Under the pieces are notes generated by a model that worked only from the letters and a program-made list of their open reading frames with translations, was not told the origin of the DNA and did not search any database. This document shows, one piece after another, positions 32,171-41,079 of a stretch of DNA of 63,703 nt. The position numbers were made by a program, and so were the translations under genes. This stretch comes from an uncultured Thermotogae bacterium (GTDB lineage: Bacteria; Bipolaricaulota; Bipolaricaulia; CAYUCE01): positions 1-63,703 of the forward strand of contig CAYUCE010000003.1 in NCBI GenBank assembly GCA_964443275.1, in the 5' to 3' direction. Each line of letters begins with the position of its first letter. Within the stretch, counting starts at the first letter, position 1.

Positions 32171-32455
32171 CTACACTTTTACTCCCACCCGGGGATTATA
32201 CTGAGGAAGCTTTGCCGCCTCGCACCTTTGTGGAGTGTCTTCCTTCATACACCGGCTTCCTATGGTATTTACCAGCTTAAAATGTTCACAGTTGGGGATC
32301 CCCCTGATTAACCTTACCTTACTCTGGCTTATTTTACACTCAGCTTCTTCACAAGCTATGGGAATACTCTTCAAACTTTTGCCGCAAATCTCACATTTTG
32401 ATAAATTCTGGTCCGCGTAATAAATTCGCCCACATTCAGAACATCTAAACTTCAT
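32171..32455 (-). CDS. hypothetical Cys-rich zinc-ribbon protein
   Basis: N-terminal CSECG-x13-CEICG ribbon plus further Cys pairs; no family recognised. Confidence 0.4.
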   Translation of the reverse strand: MKFRCSECGRIYYADQNLSKCEICGKSLKSIPIACEEAECKISQSKVRLIRGIPNCEHFKLVNTIGSRCMKEDTPQRCEAAKLPQYNPRVGVKV

Positions 32456-32548
32456 CTTTCCTCCCTCCCGTTTATTTTTAGTTAATAATAAGGGGCACCT
32501 TTTGACTTAGATGCCCCCTTTATCTCTAACTCTTTTTGTCAGGTTTTA

Positions 32549-32932
32549 TCAGGTAACACTGATTTTCTTCTCTGTCTCCCACAGACCATGCAGATTACAC
32601 TTTGCCCGTCCTCTAAGTGGGTGCCCGTGGTCTAACATTACCGTAGTTTTCATAACGTAATGACTTCTCTCCGGTGATAAATCCAGGCGAGCTAGGAAAG
32701 TGTCGCCGCTATAAAGCTCCATCCACTCTATGAAATGGCCAATTTCGTTTGGATGCTCCATATATTCACCCACTTTAACAGTAACCTCAAAGGGCTCTCC
32801 TTCTTTGACTGAGTCCGGAGCATCAATTATCACTGTGTGCTTTTTTTCCAGGGCGGACATTTCTTCCGGATCCCAACTTTCCGGTTTGTTTATTCCACAG
32901 AACAGGTCTTCCTCACAGGTTTTTTCTGTCAT
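32549..32932 (-). CDS. sor: superoxide reductase (neelaredoxin/desulfoferrodoxin centre II type)
   Basis: KH.V.I, EHP....HFI.W, and C.LHGLW motifs of the SOR Fe(His)4Cys site. AAAGGGGG SD before the ATG at 32932. Confidence 0.85.
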   Translation of the reverse strand: MTEKTCEEDLFCGINKPESWDPEEMSALEKKHTVIIDAPDSVKEGEPFEVTVKVGEYMEHPNEIGHFIEWMELYSGDTFLARLDLSPERSHYVMKTTVMLDHGHPLRGRAKCNLHGLWETEKKISVT

Positions 32933-32967
32933 TTTACCCCCTTTCATTAAGGTTAAGAAAAATTGAT

Positions 32968-33456
32968 TTACTCTTTGAGTAGATTTTCGAAGGTGTCTTC
33001 GTGTTCTATCTCCTCATCCAGGATATGTCTTATCAGATGAAATGTGGAAGGTCCCTTATAGTAAGGGCCGATTTGTTTAAGAATTTTATTGTAAACGTCG
33101 ATAGCACACCGTTCACCCTCAATGACCGCCTCAACAATTCCATTCAAATCCCCCGGGTCTTCGGGTAGATTAACTCGGGGGCAATTAGCCTGGTTTTCTA
33201 TATCACTCCAGGTTCTAATCGGCTGATCACCTAAAAACAAGATACGTTCGGCCAGTTCTTCGGCGTGCTCCAGTTCTTCTTCCGCTATCCTTTCCAGCTC
33301 TCTTGCCACCATAGGAGAACTCCTCCCCTCGGCAATTTGAGCCCCTAGCCAATAATAATGGTAGGCGATCCATTCATCTGCATATGCCTTTTTTAGGCTG
33401 GCGAGTAACTGATCAACATCCACACCACTGACTATTTCTCGCGCTTTTTTGCCCAT
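32968..33456 (-). CDS. ferritin-like / bacterioferritin-like di-iron protein
   Basis: Four-helix-bundle ExxH pairs (EELEHAEEL, DEEIEHEDT). AAAGGGGG SD before the ATG at 33456. Confidence 0.8.
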   Translation of the reverse strand: MGKKAREIVSGVDVDQLLASLKKAYADEWIAYHYYWLGAQIAEGRSSPMVARELERIAEEELEHAEELAERILFLGDQPIRTWSDIENQANCPRVNLPEDPGDLNGIVEAVIEGERCAIDVYNKILKQIGPYYKGPSTFHLIRHILDEEIEHEDTFENLLKE

Positions 33457-33510
33457 TTTGACCCCCTTTCTTTTTGAAGTAATAGAGTATTTGCTCAATA
33501 GATCAGAAAC

Positions 33511-33777
33511 TTAAGGAGCGATGGTCTGGCCACTCTCCTGATCTATAAGTTCTATGGCCAGCATCGGACATCCATTGGCCGCCTGCTGGGCCGCTTCCTT
33601 ATCCGATTCCTCCACATCTATGGTTTGAATCTTATCCTCTTCCGATTCTCCGACCAAAGCCGCTTTGCCCCCAAATGGTCCCGAACCCTCTTCTTTGAAA
33701 TGGTCCGGATCAACGGCTGTACAGACAAAATTACTTTGACAAGCTTCTCTGTCCAATTTTAGTTGATACTTGGCCAT
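33511..33777 (-). CDS. small single-cluster ferredoxin
   Basis: DREACQSNFVC...GCP pattern of single [3Fe/4Fe-4S] ferredoxins. GAGGAGG SD before the ATG at 33777. Confidence 0.7.
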   Translation of the reverse strand: MAKYQLKLDREACQSNFVCTAVDPDHFKEEGSGPFGGKAALVGESEEDKIQTIDVEESDKEAAQQAANGCPMLAIELIDQESGQTIAP

Positions 33778-33987
33778 GGTACCTCCTCTAGTCAACTTAA
33801 AGGTTTTTGTGTGTAGCTTGAGATTTGATCTATTATAACAAAACAGGAAAGTTTTGACAAGTATTGCCTCCGTAATAATCCCGATGATGTCAATCAGTAG
33901 GGCTATTTAAATTTAAGTTTGCACTCCCGGTCATCTTTTCTTATTTTGAACATGGCTCAAACACTAAAACTCTACGGAGGTATTTTT

Positions 33988-34245
33988 ATGACCGAAAAAG
34001 AAGATAAAGAAAAGAAAAATCAGTCTGGAGAAGAGGATAAAGAGACCCCCGATCTAGGATCGATCATGGGGGGAGGTGCTGGAGAAGGTTTAAGCGGATT
34101 AGGTGGTTTAATGGGGCAGATGAAAGCTATGGGGATGGGCAGTGGAAGGACCAATCCGCAACTTCTCAAGTCCGTACAAGACCTTCAGGCCAGACTATCC
34201 GCCATTGAAGACAAGCTGGATCAGGTTATAGAGAAGCTCGAATAA
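33988..34245 (+). CDS. hypothetical Gly/Met-rich protein with C-terminal coiled coil
   Basis: GGAGG SD 8 nt before the ATG at 33988; low-complexity sequence, no family. Confidence 0.4.
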   Translation: MTEKEDKEKKNQSGEEDKETPDLGSIMGGGAGEGLSGLGGLMGQMKAMGMGSGRTNPQLLKSVQDLQARLSAIEDKLDQVIEKLE

Positions 34246-34262
34246 AACCGTTAAACGCAGGG

Positions 34263-34290
34263 TTGATTTATATCAAAGGTATGCTATAAT
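34263..34290 (+). promoter_or_regulatory. putative promoter of ssrA
   Basis: TTGATT, 16-nt spacer, TATAAT, about 40 nt upstream of the mature tmRNA 5' end. Confidence 0.45.
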
Positions 34291-34329
34291 TTAATTGGTG
34301 CATATCAATTAAGTTCTTTGACATGTGAT

Positions 34330-34699
34330 GGGGGTGTATGGAATCGACGAGTCGTGACGAGAGAAGCTTCAAGTGGAGCGCCTGCCAGCTCCTAAAACTG
34401 GCGGATCTAAACTTAAATGCCAACACTGGCATGACGAACACCGCACCGACAGCCGCAGTAGCGGTTTAACTGGTGCCGCTCCGTTGATCCTCGCCCACGG
34501 GAGCAACCGGAGTGTCGACTAGGTGGGCTAAACCTGCTCTCCTAGTGGCGGGAAAGCAGGTGAGAAAACAAGTCACTCGGGTGATGGGTCTGTGTCCCGT
34601 GAAGGCCCGTTACCTTAAACAAAAAACGCAGGACTAAGCTTGTAAACGTTTCTCTGGAAGCGAGCTCGGACGCGGGTTCGATTCCCGCCACCTCCACCA
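34330..34699 (+). ncRNA. ssrA: tmRNA (SsrA)
   Basis: 5' GGGGGTGTATGGAATCGACG and 3' GGACGCGGGTTCGATTCCCGCCACCTCCACCA form the tRNA-Ala-like domain. The internal tag ORF 34419-34469 reads ANTGMTNTAPTAAVAV*. Confidence 0.93.
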
Positions 34700-34720
34700 A
34701 TTTTATAACTCTGAAGGTGT

Positions 34721-36073
34721 TTGTTTAATTGCACTAACTTTCCTATGTACGCCAAAGAAAATCTTAGAATATTCTTTATAATCTTATCCCTCTCCCTACT
34801 TTTGCTCTTCACATTGGCTTACTCTCAAGGAACGTCGGACAAAGCCACTATATATTGGCTCAAGTTCGATTCCAGCGTCAATCCGGTAACCAAAGACTAT
34901 GTACTTGAGAATATAAGGCAAGCAAACCAGGAAGGTGCAGCCGCTATTATTATCCAGCTAGATACTCCCGGCGGGTTGGGAGCTTCTATGCGGGAGATCG
35001 TTCAGGCCATGCTCAATTCATCCGTTCCCACTATAGTCTATGTGGCCCCGGCGGGAGCTAGAGCCGGATCGGCAGGAGTTTTTATTACTTTGGCTGCCGA
35101 TATAGCGGTGATGGCTCCTGGTACTAACATCGGGGCTGCCCATCCGGTCAATCTGGGCGGTGAATCTCAGGACGAGGATCAACCAACCACGGAGAAAGCG
35201 GTGGAAGATACCGCTGCCTTTGCCCGCTCCTTGGCCGAACAGCAAGGTCGCAATGTAGAATGGGCTGAAAAAGCGGTGCGGGAAAGTTCTTCCATTACCG
35301 CTTCTGAAGCGCTAGCCAAAAATGTCATCGATTTTATGGCCGAAAATCGTGGTGAACTGTTAGAAAAAGTTGACCGCTACAAGTTCGCAAATGGAAGAAA
35401 ACAGGTGGAAGGAAGTAGCCTGGAGATCTCCGGGGCGGATATCAAGGAAATTCAGATGGGCCTCAAGGAACGCCTTTTAAATTATTTAGCCGATCCTAAT
35501 GTAGTCTACCTTCTGCTTATGATCGGAATTTACGGACTTATCTATGAGTTCTTTCAGCCGGGAATAGGGTTTGGGCTGGCCGCCGGGGGGATCTTTTTGC
35601 TGCTTGCCTTTCTGGGACTACAAATCCTGCCCGTCAATTTAGTGGGAGTTGGACTGCTTATCTTTGGGGCCCTTCTAATGGTCTTAGATGCCTTTACTCC
35701 CACCCAGGGCATTTTAACTACCGGCGGGGTGATATCTCTTTTATTTGGTTCATTTACCTTATTTGACATAGAGAGTCCGGCGATTAGTCTGGATTGGTGG
35801 ACGGTAGTGCTCACCGTGGGGACTGTAACTATTTTGTTCATATTTATTATAAGCAAGGGTCTTTTGGTTCAAAGTAGAAAGGTCACCACGGGAGTAAGCG
35901 GAATGATCGGGGCGGTGGGAGTAGCTAGGGAGGACATTTACGGCACCGGGAAAGTGTTTGTTAAAGGTGAGCTGTGGACTGCCCAATCCCCTTATGATGA
36001 AGAGATCAAAAAAGGTGATGAGATTATTGTAGAACAAGTTAAGGACGGTAAACTGGTGGTAAAAAGGAGATAG
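34721..36073 (+). CDS. nfeD: NfeD-family membrane-bound ClpP-class serine protease
   Basis: ClpP-like N-terminal domain (IIQLDTPGG, GSAG), central TM helices, C-terminal NfeD OB-fold. Start uncertain (34721 TTG or 34745 ATG). Confidence 0.88.
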   Translation: MFNCTNFPMYAKENLRIFFIILSLSLLLLFTLAYSQGTSDKATIYWLKFDSSVNPVTKDYVLENIRQANQEGAAAIIIQLDTPGGLGASMREIVQAMLNSSVPTIVYVAPAGARAGSAGVFITLAADIAVMAPGTNIGAAHPVNLGGESQDEDQPTTEKAVEDTAAFARSLAEQQGRNVEWAEKAVRESSSITASEALAKNVIDFMAENRGELLEKVDRYKFANGRKQVEGSSLEISGADIKEIQMGLKERLLNYLADPNVVYLLLMIGIYGLIYEFFQPGIGFGLAAGGIFLLLAFLGLQILPVNLVGVGLLIFGALLMVLDAFTPTQGILTTGGVISLLFGSFTLFDIESPAISLDWWTVVLTVGTVTILFIFIISKGLLVQSRKVTTGVSGMIGAVGVAREDIYGTGKVFVKGELWTAQSPYDEEIKKGDEIIVEQVKDGKLVVKRR

Positions 36074-36079
36074 CCGCCT

Positions 36080-37108
36080 TTAAAATTTTTTAAAGACCCC
36101 ATCAATCTGCGAACCGCATTTCGGACACTTACCATCTTGGATTAAGTTATTGGATAGGCTAAATCCATACCTTTCGATTAAAACCTTACCACAATTGTAA
36201 CAGAACGTATTCTCACCTTTCCCGGGAGTATTGCCTTGGTACACATATCGCAGGCCCACTTTTTTGCCTATATCCATAGCTTTCTTAAGCGTTTTCAACG
36301 GGGTGGGAGGAATATCAGTCATCCGGTAGGCAGGTTGAAAGCGGGATACGTGCCAGGGTATGGCTGGATCGACCGATTTAATGAATTGGGCTATGGATTC
36401 TAGCTCACGATCAGAATCATTATAGTCGGGGATAACCAATGTAGTAACCTCTACCCAGATTCCCAGCTCATGCATAAGTTTAATGTTATCTAGCACCGGT
36501 TGTAATTTGCCCCCCTCAATTTCAGTGTAAAATTCATCTCTGTAACTTTTGAGATCTACATTAGCACCCTCCAGGTAGGGTTGGATGGTTTTTAAAGCTT
36601 CCGCGGTCATAAAGCCGTTGGTTACAAATACGTTCTTGATCCCCTGCTTTTGACAAAGCTTTGCCACCTCGTATGCATATTCGAAAAAAACGGTTGGCTC
36701 TACATAGGTATGGGCTATAGTGTCACAGCCTCTATTGATAGCATCATCAACAATCTCTTCCGGCGAGAAATATTCCCCAATTATTCTTCCGCTGTGCTCC
36801 CTAGGATATTGAGAAATGGAATAGTTTTGGCAGTGCAAACACCTAAAGTTACAACCTACGGTGGCAACAGAGTAAGCTTTCGTTCCGGGCAGGAAGTGAA
36901 ATAAAGGCTTTTTCTCGATTGGATCTATAGCTTTTGACACTAGTTTTCCGTAATTAAGAGAATACAAGGTCCCTTCTCTATTTTCTCTTACCTGGCAGAT
37001 GCCTCTCTTCCCCTCTGGAATCAGGCAGCGATGATTGCAAAGATTGCATCTAACCTTATTATCTTCCTTTTTTTCATAAAGCATCGCTTCTTTTAGCTTC
37101 TGAGACAT
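36080..37108 (-). CDS. AmmeMemoRadiSam-system radical SAM enzyme (PflA-like activase family)
   Basis: N-terminal CNLCNHRC...GICQVR cluster and radical SAM CNFRCLHCQN; C-terminal CYNCG...CPKCG. Confidence 0.85.
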   Translation of the reverse strand: MSQKLKEAMLYEKKEDNKVRCNLCNHRCLIPEGKRGICQVRENREGTLYSLNYGKLVSKAIDPIEKKPLFHFLPGTKAYSVATVGCNFRCLHCQNYSISQYPREHSGRIIGEYFSPEEIVDDAINRGCDTIAHTYVEPTVFFEYAYEVAKLCQKQGIKNVFVTNGFMTAEALKTIQPYLEGANVDLKSYRDEFYTEIEGGKLQPVLDNIKLMHELGIWVEVTTLVIPDYNDSDRELESIAQFIKSVDPAIPWHVSRFQPAYRMTDIPPTPLKTLKKAMDIGKKVGLRYVYQGNTPGKGENTFCYNCGKVLIERYGFSLSNNLIQDGKCPKCGSQIDGVFKKF

Positions 37109-37266
37109 AGACTCATCACTTTTATTATATCACTGCTCTTTGTAGGTCAAAACACGATCTAAGAAACCTAAAGTTTTGATATAAGCTCCCATATTCTTCA
37201 GCAATTCTTTCATTATGCCTTCTGCTTGGGCATCCGAGGGTATCCTGAGAGAAACGCGTATATGTA

Positions 37267-38040
37267 CTAAATATTTTCAATTTTGAGATCACGGGTAGAG
37301 CGGATCTCGGTTCCCAAATCTATAGTGGCTACTCGCCTACCCCCGGCAATTTGTCCGTATGCATTAGAAGTAAAGATAGTAAGACATCGATTATCAAACA
37401 TATCTGTCTTCGCGTGCGGTTGATGAGACCTGATTAATACCTTCTTATTGAATTGATCCATTACCTCTTCAAAGTGATCTCTACCCAGTTGAGGTCTTCC
37501 GCTAATCCCGCCGCCTGTCTCGTATTTTTCCGTCCAATCTCCCCAGGTGATCTGTCGCCACTCAACGCTTCCTAATTTGATATGAGCAATCTCTTTTAGT
37601 TTTCTTACCTTTGGTAGTCCCCCGTGGGCAGCGATAATTCCATTTGGACTATGGGCAACGTAGGGAAGCTTTGCTAAAGTATTAAGATACAGCTCTCTCT
37701 TGCCGGGTGAAAGATTAGCCCAAAAATCGGCCGGTTGAAATCTGGCCACTTTCCATCCTTCATGATTTCCCATCAGGAGATATATTTTTTCCGGCCATTT
37801 TACCTTCTTGGATAGAAGGTACATGAGATTCTCCCATGATTTTGGCCCCCTATCCACGTAATCCCCCAAAAAAACTAGCTGGTCATAAGAATCAAAATAT
37901 TTGTCAAAAACTGTTCTAGTAGCATCCAAATCTCCATGTGTATCTCCGACAAAAACGGCGCTGGAGCCAACCAGCTCTATCAACCGTCCTTCCTTTTCAA
38001 AGATCTGACCGGCTTTATTTAATAGATCTTTTTCTTCCAT
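37267..38040 (-). CDS. metallophosphoesterase (PPP-family Ser/Thr phosphatase-like)
   Basis: GDTHGD, GDYVDRG, GNHE motifs. Confidence 0.85.
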   Translation of the reverse strand: MEEKDLLNKAGQIFEKEGRLIELVGSSAVFVGDTHGDLDATRTVFDKYFDSYDQLVFLGDYVDRGPKSWENLMYLLSKKVKWPEKIYLLMGNHEGWKVARFQPADFWANLSPGKRELYLNTLAKLPYVAHSPNGIIAAHGGLPKVRKLKEIAHIKLGSVEWRQITWGDWTEKYETGGGISGRPQLGRDHFEEVMDQFNKKVLIRSHQPHAKTDMFDNRCLTIFTSNAYGQIAGGRRVATIDLGTEIRSTRDLKIENI

Positions 38041-38087
38041 CTCCTAGCCTCGTTGTAAGATTTTAGTCTGATGTTAGAATTTCTAGA

Positions 38088-39677
38088 TTAATCCAAGGAG
38101 AGGTAAAATGTTTGTCCTCCTCTCATTATAAAAAGCACAGGTGGATTGGCTGGGCTCAATTGAGACACGGCTTTATTCCAATCCTTTACCGACTGGATTT
38201 TTTGCCCATTTACTTCTAAGATAACATCCCCGCTTTTAAGTCCCGCCCAAGCTGCCTCACTGCCCGGTTCTATGCCGATAACAACTACTCCTTGAGCGGT
38301 CTGTAAACCGAGCTTTTCAGCGATTTCATTGGAGTTTTCTTTGACCTGAATTCCGTACTTTTCAACTGCTTCTTCTTCGGTTTCTTTTTCAGTTTGGGGT
38401 TGGGAAGTTACTGTCGGCGGCTCCTCAGGTCTTTTTGCTAAAGTGGCCTCCAGAGTCATCTCCTGGCCATCTCTCAGTAAAGTTATAGTGATAGCCTGGC
38501 CCGCATCTTTATACATGATGGCTTGCTGCAGTTCATCCATGTTGCTGACCTTTTCTCCATCTATTTTCAGCACTATGTCCCCTTGCTTCAACCCGGCTTT
38601 TTCCGCTGGAGAACCCTCGTAAACCTGGCTGATTAGTACGCCGGTGCCCGGTTGGACGCCGAACTTGGTAGCCAAACTTGGAGTAAGATCTTGAATGCCC
38701 ACCCCAATCCAAGCTCGGGTTACTTTCCCTTCATGAATCAATTGAGGAAGGATCTTTTTTACCGAATCTATGGGGATGGCGAAGTTTATACCCTCTGAGG
38801 CTCTAGCAATAGCCGTATTTATCCCTACAACCTCCCCGCCCATATTTATTAAAGGACCGCCCGAATTGCCGAAGTTAACAGCCGCATCGGTTTGGATCAT
38901 ATTTCGAAAGTAACCTTCGTTTTCATCCGGTCTGGGAACGTCTCTATCCAAAGCACTTATTATACCCCAAGTTACCGTGTGCTTAAGACCTAGTGGGTTA
39001 CCTATGGCAATTACCCAGTCTCCGATTTCCGCATTTTTTGATTCCCCTAACGTTACCGCGGGAAGACTATTCCCATTGTTGCCGTTCGGCTTCAATATCG
39101 CCACATCCAACCTGCTGTCGGAGCCCACTATATCAGCCTTAAAAGTGCGGCCCTGAGGGGCGGTAATCCTAATTTCAGTAGCGCCGTGAACCACATGGCG
39201 GTTAGTCACGATATATTTGCTGCCTTCAAAATCTATTGTAAAACCCGATCCTAGTGACCTCTGGACTTGTTTTTCCTCGAAAGGAGGTTCACCGAAGAAT
39301 CGTTTGAAGAAAGGGTCATTGAAGAGATCTTCAAAGGGGCTTTTGACGTCGCTTTCCACCGTAACTTCAATCAAAACCACCGAAGGCTTTACTTTTTTGA
39401 TGGTATCTTTTAAGGCGTTTTGTAAGGCGTTTACGCCGGTTTCCTGGGCTTTGGTGGCTTGGGGTTCAGCACCGGCTTCGCTTTCTCCGGATAAGGTTCT
39501 ACCACCTGTTTGATTTGATTCAGGAGATTTTAGCGATGAACTCTGTTGGGAGTTTGAAACGGTATTTTCCATTCTCGGCGCGTTTTCTGCTACTTGATTG
39601 TTCTGCGATAAACTAAAGGTTATCAATACGCCCAACGCGACGGCAACAATTAGAATTGGTACGGTAATCTTTTTCAT
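38088..39677 (-). CDS. htrA: HtrA/DegP-family serine protease with two PDZ domains
   Basis: TNRHVV (His), D (DVAIL), GNSGGPL (Ser) triad; two PDZ-like repeats; N-terminal TM helix and low-complexity linker. Confidence 0.92.
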   Translation of the reverse strand: MKKITVPILIVAVALGVLITFSLSQNNQVAENAPRMENTVSNSQQSSSLKSPESNQTGGRTLSGESEAGAEPQATKAQETGVNALQNALKDTIKKVKPSVVLIEVTVESDVKSPFEDLFNDPFFKRFFGEPPFEEKQVQRSLGSGFTIDFEGSKYIVTNRHVVHGATEIRITAPQGRTFKADIVGSDSRLDVAILKPNGNNGNSLPAVTLGESKNAEIGDWVIAIGNPLGLKHTVTWGIISALDRDVPRPDENEGYFRNMIQTDAAVNFGNSGGPLINMGGEVVGINTAIARASEGINFAIPIDSVKKILPQLIHEGKVTRAWIGVGIQDLTPSLATKFGVQPGTGVLISQVYEGSPAEKAGLKQGDIVLKIDGEKVSNMDELQQAIMYKDAGQAITITLLRDGQEMTLEATLAKRPEEPPTVTSQPQTEKETEEEAVEKYGIQVKENSNEIAEKLGLQTAQGVVVIGIEPGSEAAWAGLKSGDVILEVNGQKIQSVKDWNKAVSQLSPANPPVLFIMRGGQTFYLSLD

Positions 39678-39802
39678 AATTCATCCCCCTGTTTAAAGTT
39701 TAAGCTTCGAAATTTTCATCAGGAAAAACAGATAGGGTTGATCATTATCCTGCGTTGAATATAATTATATGAAAAACCTACCAGGGTGTAAAGACAAATG
39801 GG

Positions 39803-40852
39803 GTGGATAAAGCTATGACCGAATTGAGCCAAATAAAAGCAGTAGGACTCTTATCCGGTGGCCTGGATAGTACTTTGGCCTGCAAAATTATAAAGGATCT
39901 AGGTATCGAAGTGCAGGGGGTAAATTTTCTCACCGGGTTTTGTACTAAAGCAAATAAACGGAAACTCGGTAAGACCAGTAGTTGCTATCCCCCGCTGAGA
40001 GCCGGAGCTGATATAGGCATAAATGTAGATTTAATCGATGTATCTGGTGAATACTTAGAGGTAATAAAAAACCCTCGGTTTGGTTATGGGCAGGCTTTAA
40101 ACCCCTGCCTGGACTGCCGGATTTTTATGGGCAAGAAGGCAAAGAAATATATGGAAGGAAAAGGTGCCCATTTTGTAATTAGCGGCGAAGTTCTCGGTCA
40201 AAGACCGATGTCCCAACATTACAAAGCCCTCATGACCGTAGCTAGAGAAAGCGGCTTGCAAGACCGGTTACTGAGACCACTTTCGGCTAAACTTCTCCCC
40301 GAAACACTGCCTGAGAAAAAAGGTTGGGTAAAAAGAGAAAGCCTTTTTGACATTCAGGGCAGATCTAGAAAAAGGCAGATTGAGCTGGCAAAAAAAAGAG
40401 GAATCACCGATTGGCCCCAACCGGCGGGAGGTTGCTGCTTTTTAGTAGAAAAGGAGTATGCTAAGAGGGTAAAGGATCTTTTTCAATACAAGGGTAAGGA
40501 GAAGGTAACTAAAAGGGATTTTGATCTTCTCAAAGTGGGAAGACATTTTAGAATGTCCTCACGAGCAAAGGTCGTAGTAGGAAGGGACGAAAATGAAAAT
40601 GCGTTTCTAGAACAATTAAGGGATGGAGAGTGGGAAATTACCATCCCGGAATATCCCTGCCCTGTAACCTTGGTTTCGGCGGATGCCACACAAGAGGGTC
40701 TGGAATTTGCCTCTCGACTTGCCGCTCGCTATAGCGATGGGAGGAATGAAAAGCAGGTCCGAGTAAGGATTGACAAGAATGGGGAAACCCAGTCCTTAAC
40801 GGTTGAACCAGCAGACTTAGAGAATTCTAAAGTAAGAAAGATGCGCATTTGA
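39803..40852 (+). CDS. PP-loop ATP pyrophosphatase superfamily protein (ThiI/MnmA-like sulfurtransferase family)
   Basis: SGGLDST PP-loop, NPCLDCRIFM, SGEVLGQRPMSQ. No THUMP domain. Exact function not assignable. Confidence 0.75.
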   Translation: MDKAMTELSQIKAVGLLSGGLDSTLACKIIKDLGIEVQGVNFLTGFCTKANKRKLGKTSSCYPPLRAGADIGINVDLIDVSGEYLEVIKNPRFGYGQALNPCLDCRIFMGKKAKKYMEGKGAHFVISGEVLGQRPMSQHYKALMTVARESGLQDRLLRPLSAKLLPETLPEKKGWVKRESLFDIQGRSRKRQIELAKKRGITDWPQPAGGCCFLVEKEYAKRVKDLFQYKGKEKVTKRDFDLLKVGRHFRMSSRAKVVVGRDENENAFLEQLRDGEWEITIPEYPCPVTLVSADATQEGLEFASRLAARYSDGRNEKQVRVRIDKNGETQSLTVEPADLENSKVRKMRI

Positions 40853-41079
40853 AGCTGCGATTTGATCCCAAATTTATCTATCAAAACTTTTTCTCACCTT
40901 CAAATCTGGAAGGTATGAGCTCGATTTGTGAATAAATCCTTGAAGTAAGTTATGCACTTGACAGATCAACTCAACTTACTTTGCGCTATTTTGAACCGAA
41001 ATCGTTACTTCTTTCAGCTCATGCTGCTCAGGATTAAATATTTCAACATCAGCTAGACCAACAGCTTCGGACAATTTGA

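Noticed and set aside
34721-36073. nfeD without an adjacent stomatin/SPFH partner as an anomaly
   Set aside because: The partner may simply be encoded elsewhere. The absence of a neighbour within one window is not informative.
37136-37219. A 27-codon ORF (MKELLKNMGAYIKTLGFLDRVLTYKEQ) upstream of the radical SAM gene
   Set aside because: It has only a weak SD, no homology evidence, and overlaps the probable TTGACC/TGATATAAT promoter of the radical SAM gene. It is likely fortuitous.
40853-41079. A possible coding fragment or ncRNA in the 227-nt gap between the PP-loop gene and the opine-dehydrogenase-like gene (minus-strand frame VKLSEAVGLADVEIFNPEQHELKEV...)
   Set aside because: It is short, has no start or SD, and shows no family resemblance that I can name. 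The evidence is insufficient to call it.
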